From Bdellovibrionales bacterium (GTDB lineage: Bacteria; Bdellovibrionota; Bdellovibrionia; Bdellovibrionales; UBA1609), in NCBI GenBank assembly GCA_022450595.1, contig JAKUPT010000004.1:5019-69018 (forward strand): 64,000 bases of DNA, given 5' to 3'. A program made the position numbers and the translations under genes. The notes under the pieces are model-generated. The model did no database searches. It was not told where the DNA came from and was given only the letters and a program-made list of their open reading frames with translations. This document shows positions 8,800 to 18,500 of this stretch, piece after piece; the first letter of the stretch is position 1, and each line of letters starts with the position of its first letter.

Positions 8800-8909
8800 A
8801 CTTTTTGCGGCTTTTTACTTCAGAAAGCTGCAAAAAGATATCCTTAATCTTTTAAAGATTTTTAAGGCAGCGACTATATTTCGAAATTTTTTATGTGCAT
8901 AAAACTATG

Positions 8910-8992
8910 ATGCTTTTTGTTGAGCCAAAAACAAGTTCCGCACAAGCGAGCGCGGAGGACTGTCCGAGCTTTTTGGCTCTGTAAAAAAGCAT
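8910..8992. repeat. imperfect palindromic intergenic element with a GC-rich core (probable terminator between convergent genes)
   Basis: Arms ATGCTTTTTGTTGAGCCAAAAA (8910-8931) and TTTTTGGCTCTGTAAAAAAGCAT (8970-8992) are complementary, 9 + 10 nt around a 3-4 nt mismatch. The core is TTCCGCACAAGCGAGCGCGGAGGACTGTCCGAGC. It lies between the cytochrome gene (+) and the M16 peptidase (-). Confidence 0.6.
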
Positions 8993-9014
8993 AATAGCGT
9001 TTACAAGCAAAAGT

Positions 9015-11615
9015 TTATTCAACGCTTTCCGAGCCCACACAAGTGACCACATGGTTTTGCGAGAAGATCTCTTGAGCCAAAGCCATCACTTGTTCTGCGG
9101 TGATGGATTGAATTTCGTCTGAGTATTTTAAATAGGCATCATGTTTTAATCCGTAAAGGTCATCAAATAAAATTGTGGCTGCAACACTGCTGTTTTTTTG
9201 TAGATCAATATCATGTCGCCCAATTAGGTATCTTTTTGCACGATCTAATTCTTCTGGTCCTACAAGTGTGTCTTGAAGTTTTTTAAGCTCATCGCGCATC
9301 ATTTGTAGAGCAAGCTTTCCTTTTTCAGGGGAACAGCCAATGTAGGTTCCAAAGTATCCTTTTTCAATGCCCTCCATACGAAGAGGTGCCACAGAATAGG
9401 CTAAAGATTTTTTATCTCTTAGTTCTATAAACAGTCGACCACCTTGACCGGCCAAGATCGATTGAATCATTTGTAATGTATTAACCTTTTTGTCATCAAA
9501 CACTAAGCCTGGGTAAGCTAAAATGATATGACTTTGCTCTTTTTTGGACTCCATATAGTTGTACACGTTTTTAGTCAGTGGAGGCACAATGTGTTTTTGC
9601 TCAGGCTTTTCAAAGCCTTTAAGACCTTTTAAATTGTTGTTTAGTTTTTCCACACACTTATCAACATCAACTTGACCAACAAGTGAAAAATTTAAATCAC
9701 CTTTTGGTGTTAAGGATTTAATATAATCCACCACATCTTTTGTTGTGATCGACGAAAGACTTTCCGCATTGCCTCCAAGCTCTCTGGAGTAAGGGTGCTT
9801 TCCATAAAGGCTTCTCATTGTGGCCTGCATAGCTTGCATGGTTGGGTTGTCATCCTTTCTGCTTAACTTTTCTTTCATAATGATTTTTTCACGCTCAACA
9901 ATATCTTCTGAAACGTGTGGGTCTTTTAAGACATCAAAGAAAATATCAAGAGTTGGATCAAAAAAAGCGGTTAAGGTGTTTAAGTTTAAACCTACTGTGT
10001 TTCTTCCGCCAAAGGCCGAAAAACTAGAAGCTAAGTGATCCAACTTTTGATAAAGCTCAACCTCAGTTAAGTTTTTTGTTTGGTTGGCCCACACTCTTGA
10101 GGCCAGCTCCGTAATGCCTGACTTTGAATCGGGCTCATATCGAAGTCCACCAAAGGTGGCCATTCTTAAATTGATCACTGGAGTTTCATAACTTGGTTTT
10201 ACAAGCAGTTTGGCTCCGCCATTGAGTTTGATATTTTCAATAGGGGCCTCTTTCCGTGAAGAAAGAGTCTTGCCCCACTTCAAGGGTTTTACTTTTTGGG
10301 GCTCAACACGAGGGGCTTTTGAAGACTCATAGATTTTTTTATATTTTGTAGTCCATTTTTGAATTTGCTTTTTAGCCTGCTCTTTATCTCCTGTTGTCAT
10401 ATAGGTAAAGGTCATTGTTTCAGGCTTTAAATACTTTCTTGCCACTCGTAATATATCTTTTGTAGTAAGCTCTCTGATTTGCTTTAAAAATTCTTTAAAG
10501 TAAGCGTAATCATCAAACAAAAAGTCAAAGGTTCCCACCTTTCTGGCTAAACCCTCCACCGTTTCAAGGCCATAAAACTCATCACTTTCCATATTGATCA
10601 CAGACTTTTCCAACTCATCAAGATCAGGGGCGGAATTTAATACATGCTCTAATTCTTCTAATAAAATTTCTAAACTTTTTTCTAAGTTCTCATGATTTAA
10701 TGAAGCTGAAATGGTGAAAAAACCAGGATCTTTGGGAGTGTAAGTGCTGGCTCCAATATAGTTTACTAAGGGTTGTTCAATTCTTAATTTTTTTAACAGC
10801 CTAGAACTGTCACCTTGGCCTAAAATTAAAGACAGAACATCTAAAGCTGGTATGTCTTTGTGTCTTACACTTGGAACGGGCCAAGAGATATAAAACAGAT
10901 TTTCTTTAAAATCTGTTTTTTCAACTTTAATTCTTTTCTTTTCTTGTTTGGGCTCTTTAATTCTTTTTATTTTTCTGAGCTTATGATCTTCAAAGTTTTC
11001 AAAGTAACTTTTTATTTTTGGCTTGATGTCTTTAGCTTTAACATCTCCAGCAATCACTAAAGTCATATTTGTAGGCACGTAACGGGCATTAAAATACTCT
11101 TTTAACTTTTCAACACTGACTTTTTTAATCACCTTTTCATAGCCAATAACAGGTAAACCATAGGGGTGGTTTTTATAAACTGTAGAAAAAAGCATGCGGC
11201 TGGCTTGCCTGTGAGGGTTATCTTGAGTTCTTTTTATTTCTTCTAAAACCACTTCACGTTCGTTATCCACCTCTGTTGGGTCAAAAATAGGATGTCCCAT
11301 CATTTGACTGACAACATCCATGGCCGTTTCCACATAATGGCTTGAAATTGTGACATAAAACACCGTTTGGTCAAAGGATGTGTAAGCGTTAAGCTCCCCT
11401 CCTGAGCTTTCAACCTTAGAGGCAATCTCTCCTACATTGTACTTTTGTGTGCCTTTAAACACTAAATGCTCAATGAAATGACTGATGCCCTCTTCCCCTT
11501 TTTGCTCATCAGCACTTCCTGTTCTCACCCACATTTGAACTGAGACCACTGGGGACTTGTGACTCTCTACAAGAACTACATTCATACCATTTTTTAATTG
11601 AAAATTTTTAAACAT
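9015..11615 (-). CDS. M16 (pitrilysin/insulinase) family zinc peptidase, tandem double-unit form
   Basis: 866 aa. Inverted zinc motif HFIEHLVFKG (HxxEH) near the N-terminus, and a second M16-like half (residues ~470-866) that lacks the motif. Confidence 0.9.
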   Translation of the reverse strand: MFKNFQLKNGMNVVLVESHKSPVVSVQMWVRTGSADEQKGEEGISHFIEHLVFKGTQKYNVGEIASKVESSGGELNAYTSFDQTVFYVTISSHYVETAMDVVSQMMGHPIFDPTEVDNEREVVLEEIKRTQDNPHRQASRMLFSTVYKNHPYGLPVIGYEKVIKKVSVEKLKEYFNARYVPTNMTLVIAGDVKAKDIKPKIKSYFENFEDHKLRKIKRIKEPKQEKKRIKVEKTDFKENLFYISWPVPSVRHKDIPALDVLSLILGQGDSSRLLKKLRIEQPLVNYIGASTYTPKDPGFFTISASLNHENLEKSLEILLEELEHVLNSAPDLDELEKSVINMESDEFYGLETVEGLARKVGTFDFLFDDYAYFKEFLKQIRELTTKDILRVARKYLKPETMTFTYMTTGDKEQAKKQIQKWTTKYKKIYESSKAPRVEPQKVKPLKWGKTLSSRKEAPIENIKLNGGAKLLVKPSYETPVINLRMATFGGLRYEPDSKSGITELASRVWANQTKNLTEVELYQKLDHLASSFSAFGGRNTVGLNLNTLTAFFDPTLDIFFDVLKDPHVSEDIVEREKIIMKEKLSRKDDNPTMQAMQATMRSLYGKHPYSRELGGNAESLSSITTKDVVDYIKSLTPKGDLNFSLVGQVDVDKCVEKLNNNLKGLKGFEKPEQKHIVPPLTKNVYNYMESKKEQSHIILAYPGLVFDDKKVNTLQMIQSILAGQGGRLFIELRDKKSLAYSVAPLRMEGIEKGYFGTYIGCSPEKGKLALQMMRDELKKLQDTLVGPEELDRAKRYLIGRHDIDLQKNSSVAATILFDDLYGLKHDAYLKYSDEIQSITAEQVMALAQEIFSQNHVVTCVGSESVE

Positions 11616-11632
11616 TTCTAGATAACCTTTCC

Positions 11633-12781
11633 ATGGACCAATTCGGGATTTACATTCACATTCCCTACTGTTTACAACGATGCATCTACTGCGACTTTAC
11701 AACTTTTGAGTTTAACAAAATTATGCCTCCAGAGCAGTACGTGGAGTATTTAAAAAAAGAGATTCAAACAAGATCAAGGTTTGTTCCCTTTAAATCATTA
11801 ACCAGCATCTATTTTGGAGGTGGAACTCCAAGCTTAATTGATGCTGATCATATTGTATCTATTCTTCAAGAACTTAACAACGCTGGTTTTGAAACTAATG
11901 AAAATACTGAAGTGACTATTGAAATCAATCCCGCCACTGTGAGTAAAGACAACTTACAGACTTATTTACAGGCTGGAATCAATCGCTTTAGTGTTGGAGC
12001 TCAAAGTTTTGATAATGAGCTACTAAAGGCTTGTGGTCGTCGTCACAATGCTGATGACACGGTTAACACATTAGAGCTTTTAAAAGACTATAACTATTCC
12101 TTTGATTTGTTATTTGCTTTACCAAACCAAAGCTTACAACAGCTGCAACGAGACTTAGATCTTGTAAACAAATATAAACCACCTCATTTAAGCGCCTATT
12201 GTTTAACTGTTCCCGAGGGCCATCCTATGTCGTATCATCGCCCAGAGGAAGAAGCCCAAGTTGAGATGTTTCATTTAATTGAGAATGAGCTTAAAAAGTC
12301 TGGACTTTTAAAGTATGAGATTTCTAATTTTGCAAGACCTGGATATGAGTCCAAACACAATATGCTTTATTGGACTTATAATAATTTTTGGGGACTTGGT
12401 TTAAGTGCCCATTCTTTTTTTAATGTTCCTGATTATGGCACTCGTTTTTGGAACCCAAAAAAATTTGACGACTATACAGATCAAATTAACTCAGACCTTC
12501 TGATCAGCCAACTTCCCTCTTCACAAAAAGAACACCTAAAGACCCATGAAGCCCTTACAGACTTTATCCACACCCATCTTCGCACCACTCGTGGTATGAA
12601 TATTGTTCAACTAAAAAATATGTTCCCTGATCAAAACGACCAGGTTATTGGACGACTTAAAAAACTAAAAAAAGATGATCTTATTTGCTCAGATAGCAAT
12701 AATTTTAAGCTCACATCAAAAGGCTTTTTACTCTCAAATTTTGTCTTTGAATATATGGCTTTTTTTGAAGACTGCATTTAA
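11633..12781 (+). CDS. hemW: radical SAM heme chaperone HemW (HemN-like, oxygen-independent coproporphyrinogen oxidase family)
   Basis: YIHIPYCLQRCIYCDF (CxxxCxxC radical-SAM cluster), GGGTPS, 382 aa. Confidence 0.85.
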   Translation: MDQFGIYIHIPYCLQRCIYCDFTTFEFNKIMPPEQYVEYLKKEIQTRSRFVPFKSLTSIYFGGGTPSLIDADHIVSILQELNNAGFETNENTEVTIEINPATVSKDNLQTYLQAGINRFSVGAQSFDNELLKACGRRHNADDTVNTLELLKDYNYSFDLLFALPNQSLQQLQRDLDLVNKYKPPHLSAYCLTVPEGHPMSYHRPEEEAQVEMFHLIENELKKSGLLKYEISNFARPGYESKHNMLYWTYNNFWGLGLSAHSFFNVPDYGTRFWNPKKFDDYTDQINSDLLISQLPSSQKEHLKTHEALTDFIHTHLRTTRGMNIVQLKNMFPDQNDQVIGRLKKLKKDDLICSDSNNFKLTSKGFLLSNFVFEYMAFFEDCI

Positions 12782-12797
12782 CTTAAGCTATGTTATA

Positions 12798-12827
12798 TTG
12801 ACATTTTCTTAATGCGCCTCATATTAA
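12798..12827 (+). promoter_or_regulatory. candidate sigma70-type promoter for grpE
   Basis: TTGACA (12798-12803) - 18 nt - TATTAA (12822-12827), about 35 nt upstream of the grpE GTG. Sequence resemblance only. Confidence 0.3.
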
Positions 12828-12862
12828 TGACGTGTGTGAATTTGAAGCTAAAGGAGATAATT

Positions 12863-13459
12863 GTGGCCAAAAAGCCTGAGGACAAAAATAATAATGAAGA
12901 AAACTTGGACACTAGCGATTTTTCTACAGACGGCAGTGAAATCTCTATTGAGGACAATGACAACGTAACTCCCATTGAAGAAGGGAAATCCGCCGCTAGT
13001 GAAACGGAAAAATTAAAGGCTGAGGCTGAAAAATATAAAAATGAGTATTTATATTTAATGGCCGATTTTGAAAACTATAAAAAGCAAGCCATTAAAGAGC
13101 GCTCTCAGTTGATTAAATTTGGCTCTGAAAGACTAGTTGTGTCTTTACTAGAAGTTTTAGACAACCTTGAGCGCGCTCTTCAAACCGAGGTCACACCTGA
13201 TAACTTAGATTCTTTTGTTGATGGTGTGAAAATGACTCGCACTGAGCTTTCTAAGGTTTTAAAAAACTTTGGAGTCGAAGAAGTTCCCAGCGAAGGCGTG
13301 GCCTTTGATCCAAACGTCCATGAGGCACTCAGTAGTCAACAAACAGAGGACGTGCCTGAAGGGCATATCGTGTCCGCTTATAAAAAAGCCTATAAATTAC
13401 ATGATCGAGTGGTAAGACCTGCACAGGTGATTGTGGCCACACCACCAAAAGAGTCTTAA
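12863..13459 (+). CDS. grpE: nucleotide exchange factor GrpE
   Basis: YLYLMADFENYKKQAIKE...LLEVLDNLERAL...FDPNVHEAL...GYKLHDRVVRPAQV is the GrpE signature. I prefer the GTG at 12863, preceded by AAGGAG at a 7-nt spacing, over the ORF-track ATG at 12812. Confidence 0.9.
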   Translation: MAKKPEDKNNNEENLDTSDFSTDGSEISIEDNDNVTPIEEGKSAASETEKLKAEAEKYKNEYLYLMADFENYKKQAIKERSQLIKFGSERLVVSLLEVLDNLERALQTEVTPDNLDSFVDGVKMTRTELSKVLKNFGVEEVPSEGVAFDPNVHEALSSQQTEDVPEGHIVSAYKKAYKLHDRVVRPAQVIVATPPKES

Positions 13460-13465
13460 GGAATT

Positions 13466-14506
13466 ATGGAAAGAAAAGATTATTACAAAATTTTAGGTGT
13501 AGAGCGCGGAGCTAGTGCTGATGAGATCAAAAAAGCTTATCGCAAACTGGCCGTTAAATATCATCCAGACAAAAACCCTGATGACAAAGGTGCAGAAGAT
13601 AAGTTTAAAGAAGTAACTGAAGCTTACACGATTTTATCTGATCCAGAAAAAAGAAGAATGTTTGATCAGTTTGGACAGGCCGGAAGCTATTATAACCCAG
13701 GGGGCGGGCCCGGATCTACCAGTGCCCAAGGGCCTTTTGGTGGCGGTGGCTTTCATCAAGGCTTTGATCCTTTTGCTCAAGCTGGAGCTGGTTTTGGCTC
13801 AGGTTTTGGTGCTGGATTTAGTAGCGCTTCTGCAAAAGACATCTTTTCTGAAGTCTTTGGTGATCTTGGAGATGTGTTCGGCGGCGGTGGACCAAGGCGT
13901 GGCCGTAGTCCACAAAAAGGTTCAGATTTAAAATATAATCTTTCTATTACTCTAGAAGATGCCGCTCATGGCACCGACAAGTTGATTTCTTTTGTACGTA
14001 AAAAAGGCCCCTCCAATGAAACCGCCAAACTCTCGGTCAACATTCCTCCTGGAGTGAAGCAGGGGCAGCGCTTAAAGCTGCGAGGTGAAGGAGATATTCC
14101 ACCAACTGGAGGCCCTGCCGGCGATTTATATGTGGTCATTCAACTTATGCCACACCCTCTGTTTGTACGCTCTGAACTAGATGTTCAAATGGAACTGCCT
14201 ATTTCTTTTGTTGATGCCATGATTGGTACGGACATTGAAATCCCCACCCTGTCTGGCAAAGCCAACTTAAAAATACCAAAAGGCACTCACTCGGGACAGG
14301 TGTTTAGATTAAAGTCTAAGGGCTTTCCCTCTTTAAAAAGTAGTGAGCGTGGCGACATGCTAATACGCGTTATTGTTGATGTCCCTACGGAATTGAGTAA
14401 AGATCAATTAGAGCTTGTAAAAAAGCTGAAATCTGTCGCTGACCAAGCACCAAAAGTGCGCGACTATAAAGATAAACTCAACATGGTATTAAAGGCGAGA
14501 ACATGA
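13466..14506 (+). CDS. J-domain co-chaperone, DnaJ class II / CbpA-like (no zinc-finger domain)
   Basis: J domain DYYKILGV...[13 protein letters not shown], a Gly/Phe-rich linker, and the two DnaJ C-terminal beta-domains. There are no Cys residues at all, so the CxxCxGxG repeats are absent. Confidence 0.85.
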   Translation: MERKDYYKILGVERGASADEIKKAYRKLAVKYHPDKNPDDKGAEDKFKEVTEAYTILSDPEKRRMFDQFGQAGSYYNPGGGPGSTSAQGPFGGGGFHQGFDPFAQAGAGFGSGFGAGFSSASAKDIFSEVFGDLGDVFGGGGPRRGRSPQKGSDLKYNLSITLEDAAHGTDKLISFVRKKGPSNETAKLSVNIPPGVKQGQRLKLRGEGDIPPTGGPAGDLYVVIQLMPHPLFVRSELDVQMELPISFVDAMIGTDIEIPTLSGKANLKIPKGTHSGQVFRLKSKGFPSLKSSERGDMLIRVIVDVPTELSKDQLELVKKLKSVADQAPKVRDYKDKLNMVLKART

Positions 14507-16458
14507 TTCGATTTTTTCAACTTAGTTTACTCACAGCTTTATTTTTAATTTTAAACTCTTGCTCCTTTGCTCCTAAAAAAAGACCCCCTCAAAAAGCCAC
14601 AGTGACTGTTGAAAAGCTTTATAAGTCGGCCCGAGTTGATATTAAAAAAAACCGAATCACCCGTGGACGAAAAAAACTAAAAACTTTGATTGAGAAATAC
14701 CCACACACAGATGTGACCGACGACGCTTACTTACTACTTGGTAAGTCTTATTATGACTCTAAAAACTTTGAAGCAGCCTTTAATGCTTATATTTCCATTG
14801 TTAACGCCCAAACAATAAGCCCAGAGGAAGCCTATGCCTTGTATCGTGCGGCGAAGTCTTTATCTCATTTAGGACGTTACGATGAGGCTTTAGGACTCAC
14901 AGAGCGTAGCATGAAAGAGATGAAACTCAATCAAGCCTCTTTAGTTCGTATTCATGAACTCAGATACTATTTATTTACTCAGCTCGGAGATCGCCTTGAT
15001 GCTTTAAAATCTTTGATCTTTCTCGCTAAAAATAAAACAGATAAAAATCAAAAAGATCGCTATGAGATTCAAGTCATTGACTTTATAGAAACCCAGTTAA
15101 GTGATGAAGAGTTAGAAAAGGTGGCCTCTGACCGAGATTACGGAAACTACAGAGCTTATGCCCAGTTTAAAGCCGGAACTTTATTTTTTGAGGCCAGCGA
15201 CTTTGGCCGCGCCAATTACTACTTAGAAGAAGTGATTGATATTATGCCTAACTCTGATTTGTCTGAGCGGGCTCAAAACATGATCAATCAAATTCGAGCT
15301 CGAAGAATTGTAAATGCTAAAACCATTGGAGTGGTCTTACCTTTAAGTGGTCGACATGAAAGTGTGGCCTATAAAACGCTTCGTGGGCTGCAATTAGGTC
15401 TTGGTATATTCGGTGACAATAAAAGCTCATTTCGATTGGCGGTTGTCGACAGTGAAGATAACCCGGATGTGGCTAGGCGTGCTGTAGAAAAACTTGTCAC
15501 ACAAGATCATGTGATTTCTGTTGTTGGCAGTCTTTTAAGTAAAACGGCTGTGGCTGTGGCCTCTAAATGTAATGAGCTGGGAGTTCCCAATATCACATTG
15601 TCTCAAAAAGCTGGACTGACTGACATTGGTGATTACGTTTTTAGAAGTGCATTAACCAGCGACATGCAGGTGAAGGCCTTAGTTCGAACCGCTATGCAAA
15701 AGTACAACATGAGAAAGTTTGCCATCCTTTACCCCAATGATGCCTACGGAGTTGAGTACGCAAACTTGTTTTGGGATGAGGTTAAAAACAACGGTGGACA
15801 AATTACAGCCGTTCAGCCTTACGAAAGTGGCGCCACAAGTTTCAGTCCATCCATACAAAGACTGTCTGGAACCTTCTACACTGAAAGCCGGATTGATGAG
15901 TACAAATCACTTTTAAAAGATTGGTTTAAAGAGCAAAAAAGACTTACCTCAAGAACATCTCCTCCGTCGGACATCCTTCCTCCGGTGACAGACTTTGATG
16001 CTATTTTTATTCCTGACTCTATTAAAGCTGTTGGGCAAATTGCTCCCACATTGGCCTATCATGATATTAAAAAGCCTAGACTTATTGGTACAAACTTATG
16101 GAACTCTCCAGCTCTTGCCGCCCGCGCAGGACAGTATGTAGAAGGCGCTCTATTTGTGGATGGTTATTTAAAGTCGGACCAGTCCTTTACCCAAACTGAG
16201 TTCTATAAAAACTATGTTAAAACCTTTAATGAAAAACCAAGTCTGTTTGAAGCTCAAGCCTATGACGTTGGTCTGTTGCTAAGAAAGCTGATAGAAGAAG
16301 AGGGAGAAAGCTCACGTGTAGGCCTTGCAAGAGGGCTAGTGAATTTAAGATCTCTTAATGCCAGCCTTGGCTCTATTGATATGACTCCTAAAAGAGAACT
16401 CAATCGCCCAATGTTTACCTTAACTATTGATAAAGGCAAAATAACTTTAATTGAATAG
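14503..16458 (+). CDS. lipoprotein with an N-terminal TPR-like domain and a C-terminal type-I periplasmic binding fold (LpoA-like penicillin-binding-protein activator architecture)
   Basis: Signal/lipobox LILNSC. The TPR-like helical N-terminal half carries [19 protein letters not shown]. The C-terminal half ([25 protein letters not shown]...[10 protein letters not shown]...) resembles Leu/Ile/Val-binding-protein folds. The start overlaps the J-protein stop (ATGA). Confidence 0.6.
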   Translation: MIRFFQLSLLTALFLILNSCSFAPKKRPPQKATVTVEKLYKSARVDIKKNRITRGRKKLKTLIEKYPHTDVTDDAYLLLGKSYYDSKNFEAAFNAYISIVNAQTISPEEAYALYRAAKSLSHLGRYDEALGLTERSMKEMKLNQASLVRIHELRYYLFTQLGDRLDALKSLIFLAKNKTDKNQKDRYEIQVIDFIETQLSDEELEKVASDRDYGNYRAYAQFKAGTLFFEASDFGRANYYLEEVIDIMPNSDLSERAQNMINQIRARRIVNAKTIGVVLPLSGRHESVAYKTLRGLQLGLGIFGDNKSSFRLAVVDSEDNPDVARRAVEKLVTQDHVISVVGSLLSKTAVAVASKCNELGVPNITLSQKAGLTDIGDYVFRSALTSDMQVKALVRTAMQKYNMRKFAILYPNDAYGVEYANLFWDEVKNNGGQITAVQPYESGATSFSPSIQRLSGTFYTESRIDEYKSLLKDWFKEQKRLTSRTSPPSDILPPVTDFDAIFIPDSIKAVGQIAPTLAYHDIKKPRLIGTNLWNSPALAARAGQYVEGALFVDGYLKSDQSFTQTEFYKNYVKTFNEKPSLFEAQAYDVGLLLRKLIEEEGESSRVGLARGLVNLRSLNASLGSIDMTPKRELNRPMFTLTIDKGKITLIE

Positions 16459-16487
16459 TTTTTACTATAAAAGCTTTGTTTTTTTAA

Positions 16488-17543
16488 TTAGAGAAGAAGT
16501 CCTAATGCCCAGTAAATTGCTGACACATCGAAACCTATAATTGTGGGATCATAAATTGGGTTCGAATATGCAATATAAAAGTTCAGAAGAAAGTTATTCA
16601 TTAAAATAAATCTTGTCATCATATTTGAAAAGGCCGGTTTATTAATAAGACCATTATATTTTGAATAATTAATACTATGTTCGCTCATAGCATCCGAAAT
16701 AATTTGCTTTAAAAACAGATGCATTGATACTTCAGATCTATTATTAAGTTCAGACCGCTGCATTTTTGCATCTAACTCAGCAGATATTGCTTCAAGAACT
16801 TCTTTTGGAAGCTGGCGTGTGAAATCTACTGTGTCTTTAATTGCTTTAGATATTTGGCGCTCCATCATTAATTTTGAACCGAACTGACTCATGTTTATAA
16901 ACACCATTAATGCTTCGGTCGCTCTCACTGAGGAATATTGTAGAAAGTTTAGATTGGGGTTTTTAGCCCTCATTGCCTGACTTAAATGAAAGACTTTTAG
17001 TATCTCACCGATAGACTCAGACGCAACTGATGATTCTACTCCTTTAAAACCCAGCTGAGTTTTAACTCTCATCAATTTATTTAAGGATTTTAAAACTATA
17101 TTTAACCCTGGACTTACATTTTGTTTGCCACGCATTATTGTTTGTATTTCGGCCTGAATTTTTTCTGCTTTTTTTGGTTTTATATTCTGAAAACGAAAGG
17201 CAAAATAATCACCCGTTATTTCTTGTAATTTTTGTTGAGGTGTATATTCAGAATTTTTTAATAATGCTTCTACTTTTTCAGCATTCGGCTTCCAATGGTT
17301 TGATTCAAAACCTTTCTCTGGATAAGCACGAAATTCTAAGGGTGTCCCAAAAGTTGCAAGTTCTTTAATATTTTTAAAGTATGAAGAGTTCAAACTTGCT
17401 TTTTTAGAGCGACTTAGCCAGTTTAAAGGTGTTTTTAAAGCTGCAAATCTAGATTTACTAACGAAGATATCTTTGCACTGTCCATTAGCAAGAGCACTTG
17501 TTGGCAAAAACAAAAATGTTAAAATTAAAATCTTATACTTCAT
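16488..17543 (-). CDS. hypothetical secreted protein (351 aa)
   Basis: Signal peptide MKYKILILTFLFLPTSALA. Mostly helical, Lys/Ser/Asn-rich, with an uncharged hydrophobic C-terminal tail ...AIYWALGLLL. No motif recognised. Confidence 0.55.
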   Translation of the reverse strand: MKYKILILTFLFLPTSALANGQCKDIFVSKSRFAALKTPLNWLSRSKKASLNSSYFKNIKELATFGTPLEFRAYPEKGFESNHWKPNAEKVEALLKNSEYTPQQKLQEITGDYFAFRFQNIKPKKAEKIQAEIQTIMRGKQNVSPGLNIVLKSLNKLMRVKTQLGFKGVESSVASESIGEILKVFHLSQAMRAKNPNLNFLQYSSVRATEALMVFINMSQFGSKLMMERQISKAIKDTVDFTRQLPKEVLEAISAELDAKMQRSELNNRSEVSMHLFLKQIISDAMSEHSINYSKYNGLINKPAFSNMMTRFILMNNFLLNFYIAYSNPIYDPTIIGFDVSAIYWALGLLL

Positions 17544-17552
17544 AAATCCTCA

Positions 17553-18500
17553 TTAAATTAAAAATACTAAATAACCAAATATATCGTCTTGGTTTTGCAT
17601 AAGCTGTTGCAAACTTAAAATTTCAAGTGAATGTAGTACACGCTCTTCATTGTTATAATAAAACAAGGGAATCATTGTCTGAAAAATTCCCCTTTGATGC
17701 TTCTCTACACAGACCCTTATGCTTTCAATGGAAACTCCTAATGCCATCGACAACTTGATATACTTAAAGGTCTCTGTGCTAGAACCTTTCAAAATATTAT
17801 AAAATTCGTCATTCTCTGAATCGTTAATAAACTTCGTGATATGTGTATAAATGGAAAGTTCCGATGAGCTCGTACTTGCTTTAAACATTTCTATGAACTG
17901 TCTGGCTATTTTTACCTTATCTATCTTGTATATAGCTTCTATTTCCGTTAAAAAATACGCAAGCTTTCCTAAATAATAATTGGAAGGCCGTGATACTCCC
18001 ATCTCAGAATATAAAGCAACTGTGTTTTCAAGTGTTTGTATGTAGTTAGCAGTTTCTGAACTTGCCGTGGCTAAGTACACAAAAAACATTTTGCCATCTG
18101 GACCTACCTTGAGTGGTAAGCGCTCTTCTAATTGTCTATAATTACTATAAAGCTGATTTCTTGCCTGCTTTGGTGTTATTTTTTTTATTGTTGCAAGTTT
18201 GTAAAAAGCTGATTGATTTAACAGGTCATTTTCACGATTTAAATCGTTTATTAATGGATTCTCCGCCATTTCTTTACTAAGTTTTTTTATTTTGCTTAGA
18301 GTCTCACCAGAATCGCCTTCACAAAGTGAATTAAAAACGCTCTCAGCTTGTTGTTTTTTTATATCCTGGCCTAAACTGATGTCTTCTTTTATTTGATTTA
18401 AAGCCTTTTGCTCATTTGATATATTTGGGCCAGCATCTTTTCTCTGGCCGCAACCCCATATAACCCCAAAAACTAATATATATAGACTTACTTTTTTCAT
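17553..18500 (-). CDS. hypothetical secreted protein / possible lipoprotein (315 aa from MKKVSLY...)
   Basis: MKKVSLYILVFGVIWGC-GQRK is a signal peptide with a lipobox-like Cys. I prefer the start at 18500 (longest ORF starts at 18536). Hydrophobic C-terminal tail ...FGYLVFLI. It lies 9 nt upstream of, and on the same strand as, the 16488-17543 gene. Confidence 0.55.
   Translation of the reverse strand: MKKVSLYILVFGVIWGCGQRKDAGPNISNEQKALNQIKEDISLGQDIKKQQAESVFNSLCEGDSGETLSKIKKLSKEMAENPLINDLNRENDLLNQSAFYKLATIKKITPKQARNQLYSNYRQLEERLPLKVGPDGKMFFVYLATASSETANYIQTLENTVALYSEMGVSRPSNYYLGKLAYFLTEIEAIYKIDKVKIARQFIEMFKASTSSSELSIYTHITKFINDSENDEFYNILKGSSTETFKYIKLSMALGVSIESIRVCVEKHQRGIFQTMIPLFYYNNEERVLHSLEILSLQQLMQNQDDIFGYLVFLI

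Noticed and set aside
12564-12572. A perfect DnaA box TTATCCACA inside hemW.
   Set aside because: It is a single isolated 9-mer within a coding sequence. About one such hit is expected by chance in a 64-kb window counting both strands.
12812-12862. A 17-codon N-terminal extension of grpE (MRLILMTCVNLKLKEII) suggested by the longest ORF.
   Set aside because: It has no RBS. The GTG at 12863 has a well-spaced AAGGAG, and the extension covers the promoter-like TTGACA/TATTAA region.
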